From NCBI RefSeq assembly GCF_009914755.1, contig NC_060946.1: 64,000 bases of DNA; one strand, written 5' to 3'. The position numbers were made by a program, and so were the translations under genes. Under the pieces are notes generated by a model. It searched no databases, was not told the DNA's origin, and saw nothing but the letters and a program-made list of their open reading frames with translations. This DNA is from the human T2T-CHM13v2.0 reference genome, Homo sapiens. Of this stretch, positions 46,200-59,168 are shown one piece after another; the first letter of the stretch is position 1; every line of letters begins with the position of its first letter.

Positions 46200-46480
46200 T
46201 TAATGACCCCATTGTCCAGAGGAGGAAATCAAAGTGGAGACGGTGTAAGCACCAAGTTCAAGGTCATCCTGGGACTGTTGATCACAGCCCTACCTGAGCC
46301 GCGGGTCCTGCTGGGAGAGAAGGAGGAGGGGAGGTACCTGTGGTGGGAAGTGGGTATTCAGGGAGGGCAGAATCTATGGCCTCTGCTCCTTGCTGAGGAA
46401 CAATATTGTCCCAAGAACCTGCTGGGGACAGTGTCTGGAGGTGAAATAAATATTCATTTACCCACAAACTCCTAAAGTCT
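46200..46480 (+). repeat. Local repeat copy 1 (inverted relative to copies 2 and 3)
   Basis: Reverse complement aligns by eye to 47935-48223 and 47331-47400. Confidence 0.9.
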
Positions 46481-47279
46481 GTCTATTTCAACACCTGCGC
46501 AGCTCCTGGTTGAAGTGGAAGCTTATGCACAAGCCCTTTATGTGACACAGAGAGATGCAGAGAGGAGGGGGACAGGCCCTGGGGGACTGCAGGGTCCCAG
46601 CCTCGCCCTGCTCCAGGACCTGGCAAGGAGAGGTGACTTTCCTCCACCTATCACCCTAGGCTAATGCCCGGGCAGATGGGAGCTGGGCCTCTTCTCAGGG
46701 AGCAGCCGCCTCAGGCAAGTTGGTTGAGCGTCTCATCAGAGGCAACAGACTGAGGCAGGGATCTGGGAGCCCAGAGCAATTAGGAGCTGCCTCGCGCCTC
46801 GTCTCCCGCCAGCTGCCGCAGCTGTCACTCAGGAAGTGGTCTGGGAGCAAGGGCTAGGCCTGCAGTACCCATGGTCCCCCTCCCATCTGTGAAGGTTCTG
46901 ATCCCTGGGGCAGCCTCCCAGCCAGCAGCCCCGCCAGGCCCCGGGCATAGGTGGAGGCCCAGAGGACGCCAGGGACAGGATCTCTGTGATTTCCTAACGG
47001 GGACATCCCCAGGCTCCTCTTACCCCTATCCAGACTCAGTTTCCCTCTGGAACATTGGTTCTAACCCTGGCTGCACCCTGGAAGCACGTAGAGGAGCTTT
47101 AGAAGAATACCTGCCCCACCCCCCAAGTTTCTGCTCCCAGCCCAGACCAACGGGAGCAGAACCTTTCGGGGGGATACAGGGCAGTGCACTTGAATGTGTG
47201 GCAGGGTGAGCCAGGATTTTGCAGTTATTGACATCATCCCTGCCCTGAGGGCTGGCAGCTTCTTTCCTCTGGGGACCAT

Positions 47280-47462
47280 GTCTCCCCTCCCTTCCAGCTG
47301 GACCCAGTGCAGCCGGGGGATACTGTCCTGGCATGACCTTGAACTTGATGCTTACACCCTCTCCACTTTTATTTCCTTGTCTGGACAATGGGTTCATTGA
47401 TAGCCTTGGCCAGCTCTCCTAGGTCCCTCCATAGCTTCACCCTCCGCAGCTGGGCCCTGAGC
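47280..47462 (-). repeat. Local repeat copy 2 (partial)
   Basis: 47331-47411 vs 48154-48234: 75/81 identical by hand count. Confidence 0.9.
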
Positions 47463-47934
47463 CTGAGAGGGAGGCTCAGAAGGTCCAGCCTCGGACAGCA
47501 GCACCAAGCACTGTCACCTCAGCAGATCCCTGCAGCAAGCTGTGTGGTGGCAGCATAAACTCCATTTTACAGGGACGAAAACTGAGACCAGGGCAGGGGC
47601 TACACTCAAGTCATAGAGCTGGTAGCAGGGGTCAGACTTCATCCCAGCTGCACTGGACTCCGAGTCCAGTGCTCTTTTCCCATCACCAAGTTCCTTCCCC
47701 CAATAGCAACAAATTCAAGGGCCTGTCCCCTTCACTCTGTTTCCCTCACATGGACTCTGTTCCCTGTTGTCCTTTCCGCTCCTGTCACCTTCAAGAGCTG
47801 GGCATGTGGGCGTTCAGAGGGGGGTAGCCAGAGAAGAGCAGGGATCTGAGCAGTTGGGGCCTCTGGGTTCTGGCCTGCACCCCCTCTCAGCCCGGTGTGC
47901 ATCTTTGAGTCTATAAATTCCATTATTCATTAGT

Positions 47935-48285
47935 TGACTTCGGGAGTTTGCCCGGACAATGAATATTTTATTCACCTCCAGACACTGTCCCCAGTGCGTT
48001 CTTGGAACAATATTGTTCCTCAGCCTAGGAGCAGAGGCCATAGCCTCTGCCCTCCCTGGACATCCCCTCCCTACCACCACTACCTCCCCTCCTCCAGTAC
48101 CTTCTCCCCCAGCAGGAGCCCTGGCTTGGGTAGGGCTGCAATTATTGGTCCCAGCATGATCTTGAACTTGAAGCTTACACCCTCTTCACTTTGATTTCCT
48201 CGTTTGGACAATGGGTTCATTGATAGCCTTGGCCGGCTCTTGTGGGTCCCTCCACAGCTTCACTCTACACAGCTGGGCCCTGAGC
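47935..48285 (-). repeat. Local repeat copy 3
   Basis: Aligns to both other copies. Confidence 0.9.
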
Positions 48286-48292
48286 TCTGCTG

Positions 48293-48313
48293 GGAGCTCT
48301 CCCTGGTGCTGAA
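48293..48313 (-). promoter_or_regulatory. RE1/NRSE (REST site) upstream of CABP7
   Basis: Minus strand TTCAGCACCAGGGAGAGCTCC, 18/21 to TTCAGCACCACGGACAGCGCC. Confidence 0.75.
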
Positions 48314-48995
48314 TGTGGCAAGAGGATGCTGGCCTCGGACAAGAGGTCTCTGGCCAGGGAGGGCAGGGACTGTGCTGCTCTTGAAAGGAGTGGGCTCCAG
48401 TCTCAGGGAGGGAAGAGTCTGGCCTCTGAACATGGCAGTTCCCACCTCTCTCCCCTTGTCTCCTTCCCACTTGGGGAACCCCCCTGGAATCACAGGTTTC
48501 AGCGTGTCACCTCTCCCAGTGTCTCTAGCCTCCTGACCCAATGATTAGTTAGCAAGGCCTGTGGAGAACCCCTCTTGGGAGGACCTGAGGCTCAGGCATC
48601 TCCCGGTGGGCACCCCAGAGAGTGCAGTGTGATGGCAGCAGCACCTTCCCCAGATGGGGGAGCGACAGACATAATTCACACCCTGTGATCATGCCATCTG
48701 CTCCCCCGTGACGCACAGAGGAGAGGACGGGGCTGCAATGCCGAAGGGCGGGGGGCGGTGGTGAGCGGGCAGTCGTTCATTCACTAATTCTCTCGTTCAT
48801 TCATTTGACAGATGTTCATCCAGCCCCAGCCACCTTAGCCCATTCCAGTCCTGTGCCAAGCGTAGGAGATCTGGAGAACCCAGACCCAGACCTGCCCTTC
48901 AGAGCTAAGAGAGGCCCTCTCACACTTCTGAGCTTTTGCCCACCCTCCTCTTGACCCCTGGAATTCCCTTGACTTGAAAAAAAAAAAGCCACCAT

Positions 48996-49438
<443 letters not shown>

Positions 49439-51239
49439 TTAGAACTGACAGGCCTGGGCTGGCACAGCCTGGACACTTAGTAAACGTGGAACGACTGAGC
49501 TGCTGCTGCGGCTCGCTCTCTCAATCAATACTCGAAGCTATAATTATTATTAATTCCTATTCCTTGGGGGGGATGTTCATGCTAATAGGAAACTCCCAAG
49601 AGTTTCAGGGAGGTGATGCCCGGCACCTTTCCTACATTATGTCACTTCATCCTCACCGCTGCCTGGGATGTGGCACTGCCACCTTAACAGGCAGGGAAAC
49701 TGAGGCTATGGCCGGTTAAGGGACCTGACTGTAGTTCCATGGTGAGGAGATGGTGGATGCAGAAGCCCCAGTCTGCCTGGCTCTTGGTGCTGGGTTCTTA
49801 CTTCCTCAAGTCTCTGCTCCATCAAAAACACTGGGGAAGCTCAAGGCATTCAGCTCTAGCGGTGGAAGGTCAGAAGATGGGACAGGTGGGCAAGGAGAGC
49901 TTTGGAGTGGGGTGGGAGCTTTTCTGGGGCCTCTCTCACCTCCAGGCCCAGGTCCCAGTGGGCAACCAGCTAGCCCGGAGAGGTCTGGGGAGACAGACAG
50001 ACAGCTGGTGTCCTTCCTGGCTCCTCCGCAGGTTATAGATGTTTCTAGGAGCTCCCTCCAGAGCAGGGCCCAGGAAGTGCTGGGCCCAGGCTGACCCAAC
50101 CCCGCTTGGCTGGGGCTAGCATCTCTCACTGAGCCCCTTCTCCCCAGACCCTGAGACAAGGCTGCGATTAATCAGTAACAAAAACAGAAACAAGCAGAAA
50201 AGTGTAATCAGCTTGGGAAGGGCAGGGCAGGACCGGGCAGGGCTGTGCAATCAGCGTTCCTGCTGGGACCTTTAGCTGATTGGGCCAAAGGGGGCAGGGA
50301 GGTGGTCCCAGTAGGGGGATTCAGGGAAGCACCCAGAGATGGGGCCACAGCCAGGCCAGAAGGTCACCCCCTCCCATGCACATCTGTGCACCATATGCCC
50401 ACACCACTCCCAGCCCCAGGGCCTGCACACCTCCCCCGACCTGCCAGCGTACAACCTTGGCACACACAGGTGGCCACACACTCCCGACATTTGTCCATCT
50501 GCATATGGAGTCACAGACACCTGCGCACGTGCCCAGTGGCACATACACACCCTCATGGATAGCAGACATATGCACACGCAGGCTGCTCCCTCAAACACCT
50601 GCCCCCACCCCAGCTCTGGGGTGCCGACGTGCCCTGGGGCCTGGGGAAGCCCTGCACATACATTAGGTCTGAGCTGCAGCCATGTGAACTGGCAGGCCCT
50701 CACACCAGACCCCACAGGCACCGGGCCATGTCTCTGTCCCGAACTGCCCTGGGGGCCATGAGACACTTTGGCTCCTCTTCTGCAAGCTGAAAGGTAGGGG
50801 CTTGGGAAGGGTCCGGGACTGGGGCCCCATTGTGGGGAGCAAGGTCAGCGGCAGGGTGTCAGTCACAGGCAGGGCAGGAAGCCTACCCCAGACGTGTACC
50901 CAGCTCTTACCTGCTGCTCCTGCCCTGTGACCTTGGTCAACGTCCTTCTCTCTCAGCCTCAGTTTCCCCACCTTGGATCCTCCTGGCACGGAAACGGTGA
51001 CTCTTCTTGAGGACCCAGGTGCTTGGGGCCAGTCTCACCTCTCTGGGTCTACAGTTCTTAGTTCCGGGCTCTCCGCTCCTGGTGCGTGGATGGGGGAAGG
51101 TGAGCCAAGGGGCAGGAAGGAGGACCCCCGCAACCCACCCCCTCCCTGGTCCTGGTGGCTGCAGACTTAGGGTGAGGAGAGCCAGTGAACAGAGGGGAGC
51201 CCTAGTGGGAAAGGGGAATCGGGGCCGAAGGGGAGAAGG

Positions 51240-52560
51240 AGCCCCGGGCAGGTTTGGGGCGGCCGCTCAGGGGCCGGCGGCGGGAAGGGGCGGGCTGGGG
51301 GTGGGGAGCGCGGAGGGGGCGGGCGGGCGGCTGGCGGGGGAGGCGGGGAGCGCAGCCAGCGCGGCACAGAACGAGCGAGCGAGCGAGCGGAGAGGCGGCT
51401 ACAGCCTGAGCGCCGGGCCGGTAGCGGCCGCGCCGGCGAGCGGACTAGCGGGCGGCGAGCAGCGCGGAGCGCGCGGGGCACCGAGGAGCGGGCGCGGCGG
51501 GCACCGCGCGAGGCAGCCGGAGCTCTCGGAAAGGCCAGAGCGGCGCCGCCCCCGCTGCCCCTGCGGGGCCCCGGCTGGGAGCCCGACGAGGGAGCGGGCG
51601 GCATGGCCCGGCGGCCCGGGGCGCGGGGGCGCTAGGCCCCCGGAGGGGCGTCCCCAGCCTCGCCGCTGCCGCCGCCGCCCTCCGCAGCCGCGCGCCCCGC
51701 CCGCTCCAGCCGCCCCCGGGGCCGCCACCGGCCCATGAGCCCCGGCCTCAAAGTTTGCGGCGGGCGGGCGGGCGCGGAGCCTCCAAGATGCCGTTCCACC
51801 CGGTGACGGCGGCGTTGATGTACCGGGGCATCTACACCGTGCCCAACCTGCTGTCGGAGCAGCGCCCGGTGGACATCCCGGAGGACGAGCTGGAGGGTGA
51901 GTGTCCGCCGGGATCCCCGCCCCGGCGGCCCTCCTACCTGTGCGCCCAGGTGAAGCGCGGGCCAGGGGCGCGGGGGCGGGGGGCGGGGGGCGGTCCGCAG
52001 GTGCCGGTTGCCAGGTGGGCGCCCCAGCTAGCAGCTGTGCCCCGCGGCAAGACCTGTCCGCACCCCGGGGCGCCGCGGTGGGGGTCGCTCAGGCGGAGAG
52101 CGGCCCAGCCCCTGCCCGCGTGGTCCCCAGCGCTGCGGAAACTTGCCGGGCCCCGCAGCGGGGTCACGGGGCCGCGCAGTCGGCGGTGACGGTGCGGCAA
52201 CGCGGCGGACTGGGGCGGGGGTCCGCGCTGAGCCCCCAGCGCCGGCCCGGCCGGAGCACCCGCATCCTGATCCCCTCCGCGGCGCCCGCCCGCGGCTCTC
52301 TGCTCGCATTGACATTCCGCTCGTGTCGCTTTAAAAATTCAATCTGCTCGGGCAGCAGCAGAAGGGGAGAGGGCGACTGCCCTGCTCTTGCCCGCTGCGG
52401 GGCCGCCCCCGTCCCCACCTGCGGCCGTAGCCCCTTCCCTGCAGCCCTGCGGGGACCCCCAGCCCGGCGCGCCGGGAAGGCGGCCCGGGAGGCGGTGGCG
52501 ACAACAAGTGGCCGGACTGGGCGGCTAAGTCGCGATAGCCAAGCCTGGAAGGGAAAGGCA
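51240..52560. promoter_or_regulatory. CABP7: CABP7 CpG island / TATA-less promoter with GC boxes and G-runs
   Basis: Very high GC and CpG density around exon 1; multiple GGGCGG; boundaries approximate. Confidence 0.9.
51788..51896 (+). CDS. CABP7: Calcium-binding protein 7 (calneuron-2) exon 1
   Basis: aagATGCCG...CTGGAGG|gtgagt; MPFHPVTAALMYRGIYTVPNLLSEQRPVDIPEDELE. Confidence 0.96.
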
Positions 52561-55500
52561 GAGAGGCCAGGACCCAAACCCGCCCCCACCCCGTTCCCCC
52601 TGCCTCTCAGACTCGCAGGGGGATGGCAGGCCGCTGGCTGGGCGAGGTCAGAGCAGAGGGCAGGGGCAGGGGTCCGGGACAGTGTGTCCTGAGGAGCAGT
52701 GAGACCCCTGGGGCCCGCCCAGCTCCTTCCCTGCTGGGCTGGGGGAGGTGCTGAGGTTTCCCCTCCCCCCAGACCTCCTGGAGCCCCCATATGGAGTGGA
52801 GTGGGGGATCTGGGCTGATGGGGGTCACGGCCTCCTGGGATCTGCATGTCTGCTGTTGCAAGGGGCTGAGCTCACCCAGAGGATGGGCCTCTCGGGGTAC
52901 CTTGGATCCAGGGGTCTCTGAGATCTGGAGGCTCATTAGGGCCTGGGAGGGTGCAGCCAAGACCAGCACAGTCAGGGAGGATGGTGGGAGCCCAGGGGAA
53001 GCCATGGAGGGAGGTCCTCCCTCAACCCAGGCCCAGGGTGAGGGCAGATCTTAGAGGAGTCAGAATGGGTCGGGGGAAGATCCAGAGAGAGAAGGCAGCC
53101 TCTGCCTCGCTCACTGCACCATAGGCATGAGCCACCAGGCTCCTCACCAACTGCCCCTGCAAACCCTCAGAAGCGGGGAGAGCTGTGGAGACAGGGTCTG
53201 GGGTCTGATGCGGACAGGACAGATGGATGATTGGGGCCCCCCGACATGACCTCACCATTCACCCCTAAAACCCAGGGCCAGAGCCTCCTCCAGAGCCCGG
53301 GGAAAGGAGGGGTACGATGGTGGGGGGCGAAAGGTCAGGAGATGGAGCATAGGCCTTCTCCTCCCCACCTTTGTCCCCTCCGGCCCTGGGCCACCTCAAA
53401 CCTCCTGCAGATTTTTCCCTCCAGAGGCCCTCATCCATCCCCTCCTCCTGACCATCCAAGCAGGAGTCACCATGTCTCCCAGACCCCAGGCAGCTTCCGC
53501 TTCACTCCCTCCCCTTGCTCCCAGCACCCCCACCAGGACCCCACCACCCCAACTCCAGCCCTTTCTGGGTCCCTCCTCTCCTGATCCCCAGTCCTGGAGT
53601 GCACTCCCTGAGGAAGGGGAGAGGCTGAGAGGCTGGCTGCAGGGGCGAGGGGCCGCAGGGTGGGCAGTGCAGGGGCAAGGCCGCAGGCTCCCCAACCAAC
53701 GACATGGCGTGCTGGCAGGAGCCCAGCTGCGTTAGTCACCAGCCACAACAAGTGCCCTCCCCGCTTCTCTCCTGTCCCCTTCTCCTGGGCCCTGGGGAGC
53801 TGAGGGGCCCTGACTCAGGGGGCATCTGAAGGGCAGGGCCCTCCCTGGGATGGGCAGGTGGGGTCATGGAGTAGACAGATGCCTGGGTGGTCCCAGCTCA
53901 TCTCTGGCCCAGTGGGCAGCTACAGATGAAGGCAAGAAGTTTTCCATGACCAGCCCCCTTCTTGGCTGCAGGTGCCCTAAAAGCCCTCTGGCGGCCCCAG
54001 GTCCCTTTCAGCAGTCCTTGAATGCCAGGGCTGGCCATTCCTGGCACGGATCCCCCTCTGCCCTCTCCGCCTCTGCAGGGCCTCATGAGTGCTCCTGCCC
54101 CAGGGCGGTCTGGGCGAGACCCAGGCCCTCTGCCGGGAGGACGCCATTCGCGGAGGAGCCACATGTGCCAGGAAGAGGGAGCTGGGCAGCCCGGGATGGA
54201 ATGCTGCAGACAGTACGTGCCTGCCGCAGAAATCCAGGGGGCGGTCAGTCTGAGCGGAAAGGAGGACCAGGCAGGGAGGTGGGAAGCACAGAGTTAAGAT
54301 GAGGGCTTCCCAGCCAGGCGGCGCTGGGTTTGAGTCTCTGCACCTTCAGCTCATGGAGTGACCTTGGGCAATCGCTCACCTCTCTGAGCCTTGGTTTCCC
54401 CACCTATAAAAGGGGGGCTGGTGATGGAGGATGCAGTGAAAGTACCTACCTAGCACAGGGGGCTCAGGGACCCAGATGCAACATGAGGGGAGGCCCTGCG
54501 GGGGTAAGAGGCTGGAGCGTGCAGGGCCCAGGCCCGTGAGGGTGTGCAGGAGGCTGAGCCAGAAGGGCAGGCTGGCAGGGAGAGCTGGGTGGAAAAGGCC
54601 TTGAAGGTCTGGAAAAGGTCTCTGGGGACCTGTGGCCCTGGGGAGGCATGGAGGGCAGTTGGCAGGGTAGGAATGTGGCTGCACAGAGCTGGCCTGAGGC
54701 CCACCCAGGCCCTGTGAGGGACAGGCACGGACTCTCTTAGATCCCCTCTGTGTGCCCACCATGGCTGGGACATACACCTTTTCCAACATACACACACAGC
54801 AGAGTCCTCCAGGAACACTGAGGCTGGTCCCAGCACCATCAGCTGACTCGAGCACCCAAGGGTGGGAATGGGGTGGCTGCAAGTCTTAGCCCTTTCTGGC
54901 CGAAGAGAGGAGGAAGGAGTCAGACCTCCAGGCAGACAGTCCCCAGGGTAGGGCTCTGGGGCTGACACTTGGCCTGCCCAGTCTGTGAGTGGAGCCTTCA
55001 TTGAGAGTGGCCAAATGGGGGCCTTTAGGGCAGGGGAGGCTGGGGAGTCCCCTTTCCTACCTCTCTGCCCTGCAAGGCCAGGAGCCGCCTCTGCACAGCC
55101 AAAAGCTCAGGGAGGCCAGAGTGGTGGGGCACGGGGCCAGTGCCACGGAGAGTAGCAGCCACTGCGGAGGATGGACACTACCCTCTTCAGTGACCTCCAG
55201 CCAGTGCCTGCCCTCTGGACTCTGGCTGCCTGATGGAGTGCGGATGTCCCTTGGAGTCTGCTGGGGACTTGGGCCCTGATGAAACTCCACAGGTTGAGAA
55301 GGACATTGGGGGATGTTAGGCTGGAGGTGGCAGGTAGGGGGCAGGTCAGCCTGGAAACCTGGTGGCCCTGCCAGCCCATTGCCAGCATCCTCATGCCAAG
55401 ATGGTACCCGTCAGGCTACCCTTGGCCTTACGGGACGGGAAGGGAGCAAGGCTTTCGGGGAAATGCACCCAGCTGTGGGGTGCTGATGGCACAACGGTGG

Positions 55501-58500
55501 CAGGAAATCACGACACCTGCCCCACTCAGGGAGCCCCCGGCAGAGGCCGGGCTTCAGTGATGGTGCCGGAGTCGCTCCCCATTTCACAGATGAGACACCC
55601 GAGGCTTAGAGAGGGACGTGACTTGCCCAGGCCACTGGGCTGCTAAGCAGGATAGCCAGAATCCAAGCCCAGGCCTCTGGTCCCAGCGACCGCCAACAGG
55701 AAAGGTGGCCTGGTGTCCCAAGCTCACTCAGTCCTCCCTCTTCTTCTGGCTCTGCTATCTGGGACATTCTGATTTATAGCATCCATCTCTGAGCCAGGAC
55801 CAGCCAGACACATGCTTGATTTTATTGCTTAATCATCCCAGCAGCCCCATTGTACAGGTGAGCAAATACCTGCCCAAGGTCACCCTGCCAGGATGTAGGA
55901 GAGCTGGGACTTGACCTTGGGTCTCTGCCACTTCAGGCTGCCTCCCTGGCTGGGAAGGTGGTGCCTGAACCCGGCCTCTGTGGGCGGGTGGGAGTCGGCT
56001 GGGGCAGGGCTCCCAGCACAGGCAAAGGCACCAAGGTGAGACTTTGTGGTGTGTTGGATGTGCCAAGGAGGGGTGTTAAAGGGACTCATGCATGGGGAGG
56101 TGGCAGTGTGTGGATTTACCTAGTGGCCTGGGAAGGTAAGCCTTGCCTGAGAAAAGGCTGCTGGGCCTGCAGGGCTGCCTCCCAGCTTATCGCCTGCCCG
56201 TGCATCCCAATATTCACCTGCCTTCCCCTGGCTCCCCTCGGCCCAGTGCGTTTTCTCAGGGTCTCCAGCAAAGGGACTCAGGGGCTCCAGCAAAGCAGCC
56301 CTGGGCTCTGGGAGCTCCCGAAGGGTAGGAGGGATGACCTGGAGCTCAGCTCACAGCAGGCAGGGGAGGGGGTGGCTCCCACTGCATCCCCTACTGTGAG
56401 TCCAGGACTTTGCCATCCCTCCCTGACATCTCCCAGGCAGGACCCTGCAGAGGAGGAAAGGGAGGAGGAGGAGCGGTGCCTGACCCTGGTCCTCCTTCCC
56501 CACACCACCGTCTGGCCCCCACTCGTCTTCAGCTTGAGGCCCCTCTTCCACGGGTGGCCCGCAGGCAGGTGGGGATGGCATCCTTGGGGGCTGGAAAAGG
56601 GATCAAGCAGCCTCCTCAGCCTCCCTGTCTGCTTCTCGGCTGCTTGGGGAGTGGAAATGAACGTGTCCCCTAACCAGGATTGTTCGTGGGCTCTGAGTAG
56701 CGGCTTCACAGCAAGCGGTATGTGAACTGCTGCTCAGAAGAGCCAGAGAACTGCGTGCTTCAGATGGATGGGCTCCCCACATCAGTCATTCATTCATTTC
56801 ATCATTCATTCAGCAAATGTTTATGCTCGAAGAGGCAGGCCCCGTTCCAGGCAACAGGGACACAGCCACGAACAAGACCAGCCCCTCCCTGCTGTCATGG
56901 CCCTTGTAGTGCACAATCCAGCGTGGCCCATGCAAGGATGGGGCAAGAGCAGGGCCTGTGGGGGCCCAGAGGAGGGCCAGAGCTGGCCAGTGGGGAACAG
57001 GGAGGGCACCAGGGAGATGGTGCCGTTCAAGCTGAGAGCTGGGGTTGTGTCGGGGTTTGCCACGGCGAGCAGAAGAGCACTTCAGGCAAAATGGGCTGCG
57101 TGTTCAAAGGACTGGAGATGGAGCAGTCCTGGTACCCACAGGACCGAGAGGGCCCCTAGCCTGGATGGAGTTCAGGACACCTGGGGTGGGCAGAACATGT
57201 GGCCGGGCGAGGAGGCCAGCAGTGCTGGCCGGAAACCTAAGCGTGTGTGTGCAGATGCCTCCAGCTCTACCTAGAGGCTCTAGGGACCGGAATCCCCTCA
57301 GCAGCCTCCGTGGCTGACAGGCCTCAGCTCACACATCCCCTGTGACGGGGAGCTCACCACCTCTTTGGTGGCCCAGGAAAGCTCCAGGTGGGAATTGGCC
57401 TGGAGTTCCCAGAGTCCAGGGTTTGCAGAATCCTGTGGCCCTGGCACAGACCTCCCCGCCCAGATGCTTCCCTGGCCCCGGGGCCATTGGTTAGGAGACG
57501 AGATTCCCAGGTCCTGGTGGGATGAGTGAAGGGGAAGTCCAGAGTCAGAAAGTCTGGGGGCCCAGGCAACCCCGGTGCACATGTGAGCCTGTCTGACCCT
57601 CAGGCCTTGGGTGTGGACACCAGTGGGATAAGCCTGATAAGGGTGGGGCCTCCGCCCAAGCCACCTCGAAGTGTGGCCTGGGACATGTGGCCATCCTCTC
57701 CGGGCCATGGCCCCTAGTCTGTGGTGAGACCAACAGGCTGGGCTAGGCTCCCCTGTCCCCCGAGACTAGGGAATGACTCCAAAGTGCAAGGTCCTATGAG
57801 CAGTTTCAGGGTTCATGGACCCCTTAAGGCAAGGCCTGGGCCAGCCCAAGCAACAGCAGCTCTGAGCCCACGCTGACTCTGGGCCGGCCGCTGGGGCTCT
57901 CTCAGCCTGTTTCTGGTCTGCAGCACGGAGCACCTCGCGTGTCTCTACTTTTAAACACACAGATACACACCCTCTCTCACATGAGGAGATTGATTCTGCC
58001 TGCTGAAAGCTAAAAGTCCACCCAGGGGAACAGCTTAGGCAAAGGCCAGGTGGCTGGCAAGCAAACAAGGAGACCCCCGGGAGCCGGAGAGAGCATCGAG
58101 CCCCGCCCCCCACTCCCAAAGGCAAATGCTGTTTAGGGCCCTGCTGGGGCTGTGATGATTAAGGGACAGCAGCCCTTAAAAACAGAGAAACAGAAGAGAC
58201 AGCAGTACAGCTAAGGTGACAGGTGAGGACCCCCTCAACTGTGTGCCAGGGAGTCCCCACCATCATTCTGCCCATTTCACTGTGGGTAAAACTGAGGCTG
58301 GCCCAAGGTCACAGGTTGGGTTGCTTGTTCCCCGGGCTCCCAGCGCAGTGCATTGCTCACCACCTGAGTCACCGAGGTCATCAGGCCTCGGTCTTCTGCT
58401 CCGTACAGTGTGGAGGGCGACCCCCCACCCAGTCTGGTCTGGCCTGGACCTGGAGGGGGGCTCCTTCCCCCTCTGTCTTCCCTGAACCAAAAGAGGTCTG

Positions 58501-59024
58501 TGCCGCCTGTCAGCCCATTAGTCTGGAGCAAGCTGCCTCACGTGGCTGCCATTAGCAAGTGTTGGCCGGTGTTAAGGATCTAAGGATCCGAGCCTGGGGG
58601 AGGAGGCGCAGCGGGATGGAGATGGTGGGGGAGAGGGGGATGAAAGGAATGGGGGCGGGTGGGGAAGCCGTCAGCAGCCGCGGGGGCCGGGGAGATCCAG
58701 CATCCTCCCCTGCACGTGGTCCCCACCACACGGGGTCGTTGTGAGCACACCAGGAGAGGCTGTGAGAGCCTGGCGCAATCAGATCCCAAGAGGTCACTGC
58801 TGGGGGGCCTTGAGCCCTGCTTTACTGCCCTGCTCAGCCTGCCCAGAGGTCCCAGAATACGGCACCCTTGTGCACCCTCGGGCCATGCTCTCACCAGATC
58901 TGCAGGCTCTGGGTTGGGCTCTCAAGGCCATGCTCAGGCTGCAGGGTCGGTGATCCTGGGGGTCTGGAAAGGGGGTCTGTTGGGGACCGGGGTGAAGTCC
59001 CAGCCTACTCCATTCTCTCCTCAG

Positions 59025-59168
59025 AGATCCGAGAGGCCTTCAAGGTGTTTGACCGTGACGGCAATGGCTTCATCTCCAAGCAGGAGCTGGGCACAGCCAT
59101 GCGCTCACTGGGTTACATGCCCAACGAGGTGGAGCTGGAGGTCATCATCCAGCGGCTGGACATGGATG
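59025..59168 (+). CDS. CABP7: CABP7 exon 2 (EF-hand 1 loop DRDGNGFISKQE)
   Basis: ctcctcag|AGATCCGA...ATGGATG|gtgagc; 144 nt. Confidence 0.97.

Noticed and set aside
46200-46270. Repeat core as snoRNA/miRNA or microexon (ccag|...|gtaagc)
   Set aside because: No intact C/D or H/ACA boxes seen, acceptor AG lost in copy 3, and the core is better explained as decayed MIR
51007-52847. Long ORFs (243, 263, 227 aa) in the CpG island
   Set aside because: Stop-codon scarcity in very GC-rich DNA; low-complexity A/G/P/R peptides
55958-56725. 255-aa ORF in CABP7 intron 1 (and 226-aa ORF at 38014-38694, 232-aa ORF at 26424-27122)
   Set aside because: No recognisable domain, composition typical of GC-rich noncoding DNA, no supporting gene structure
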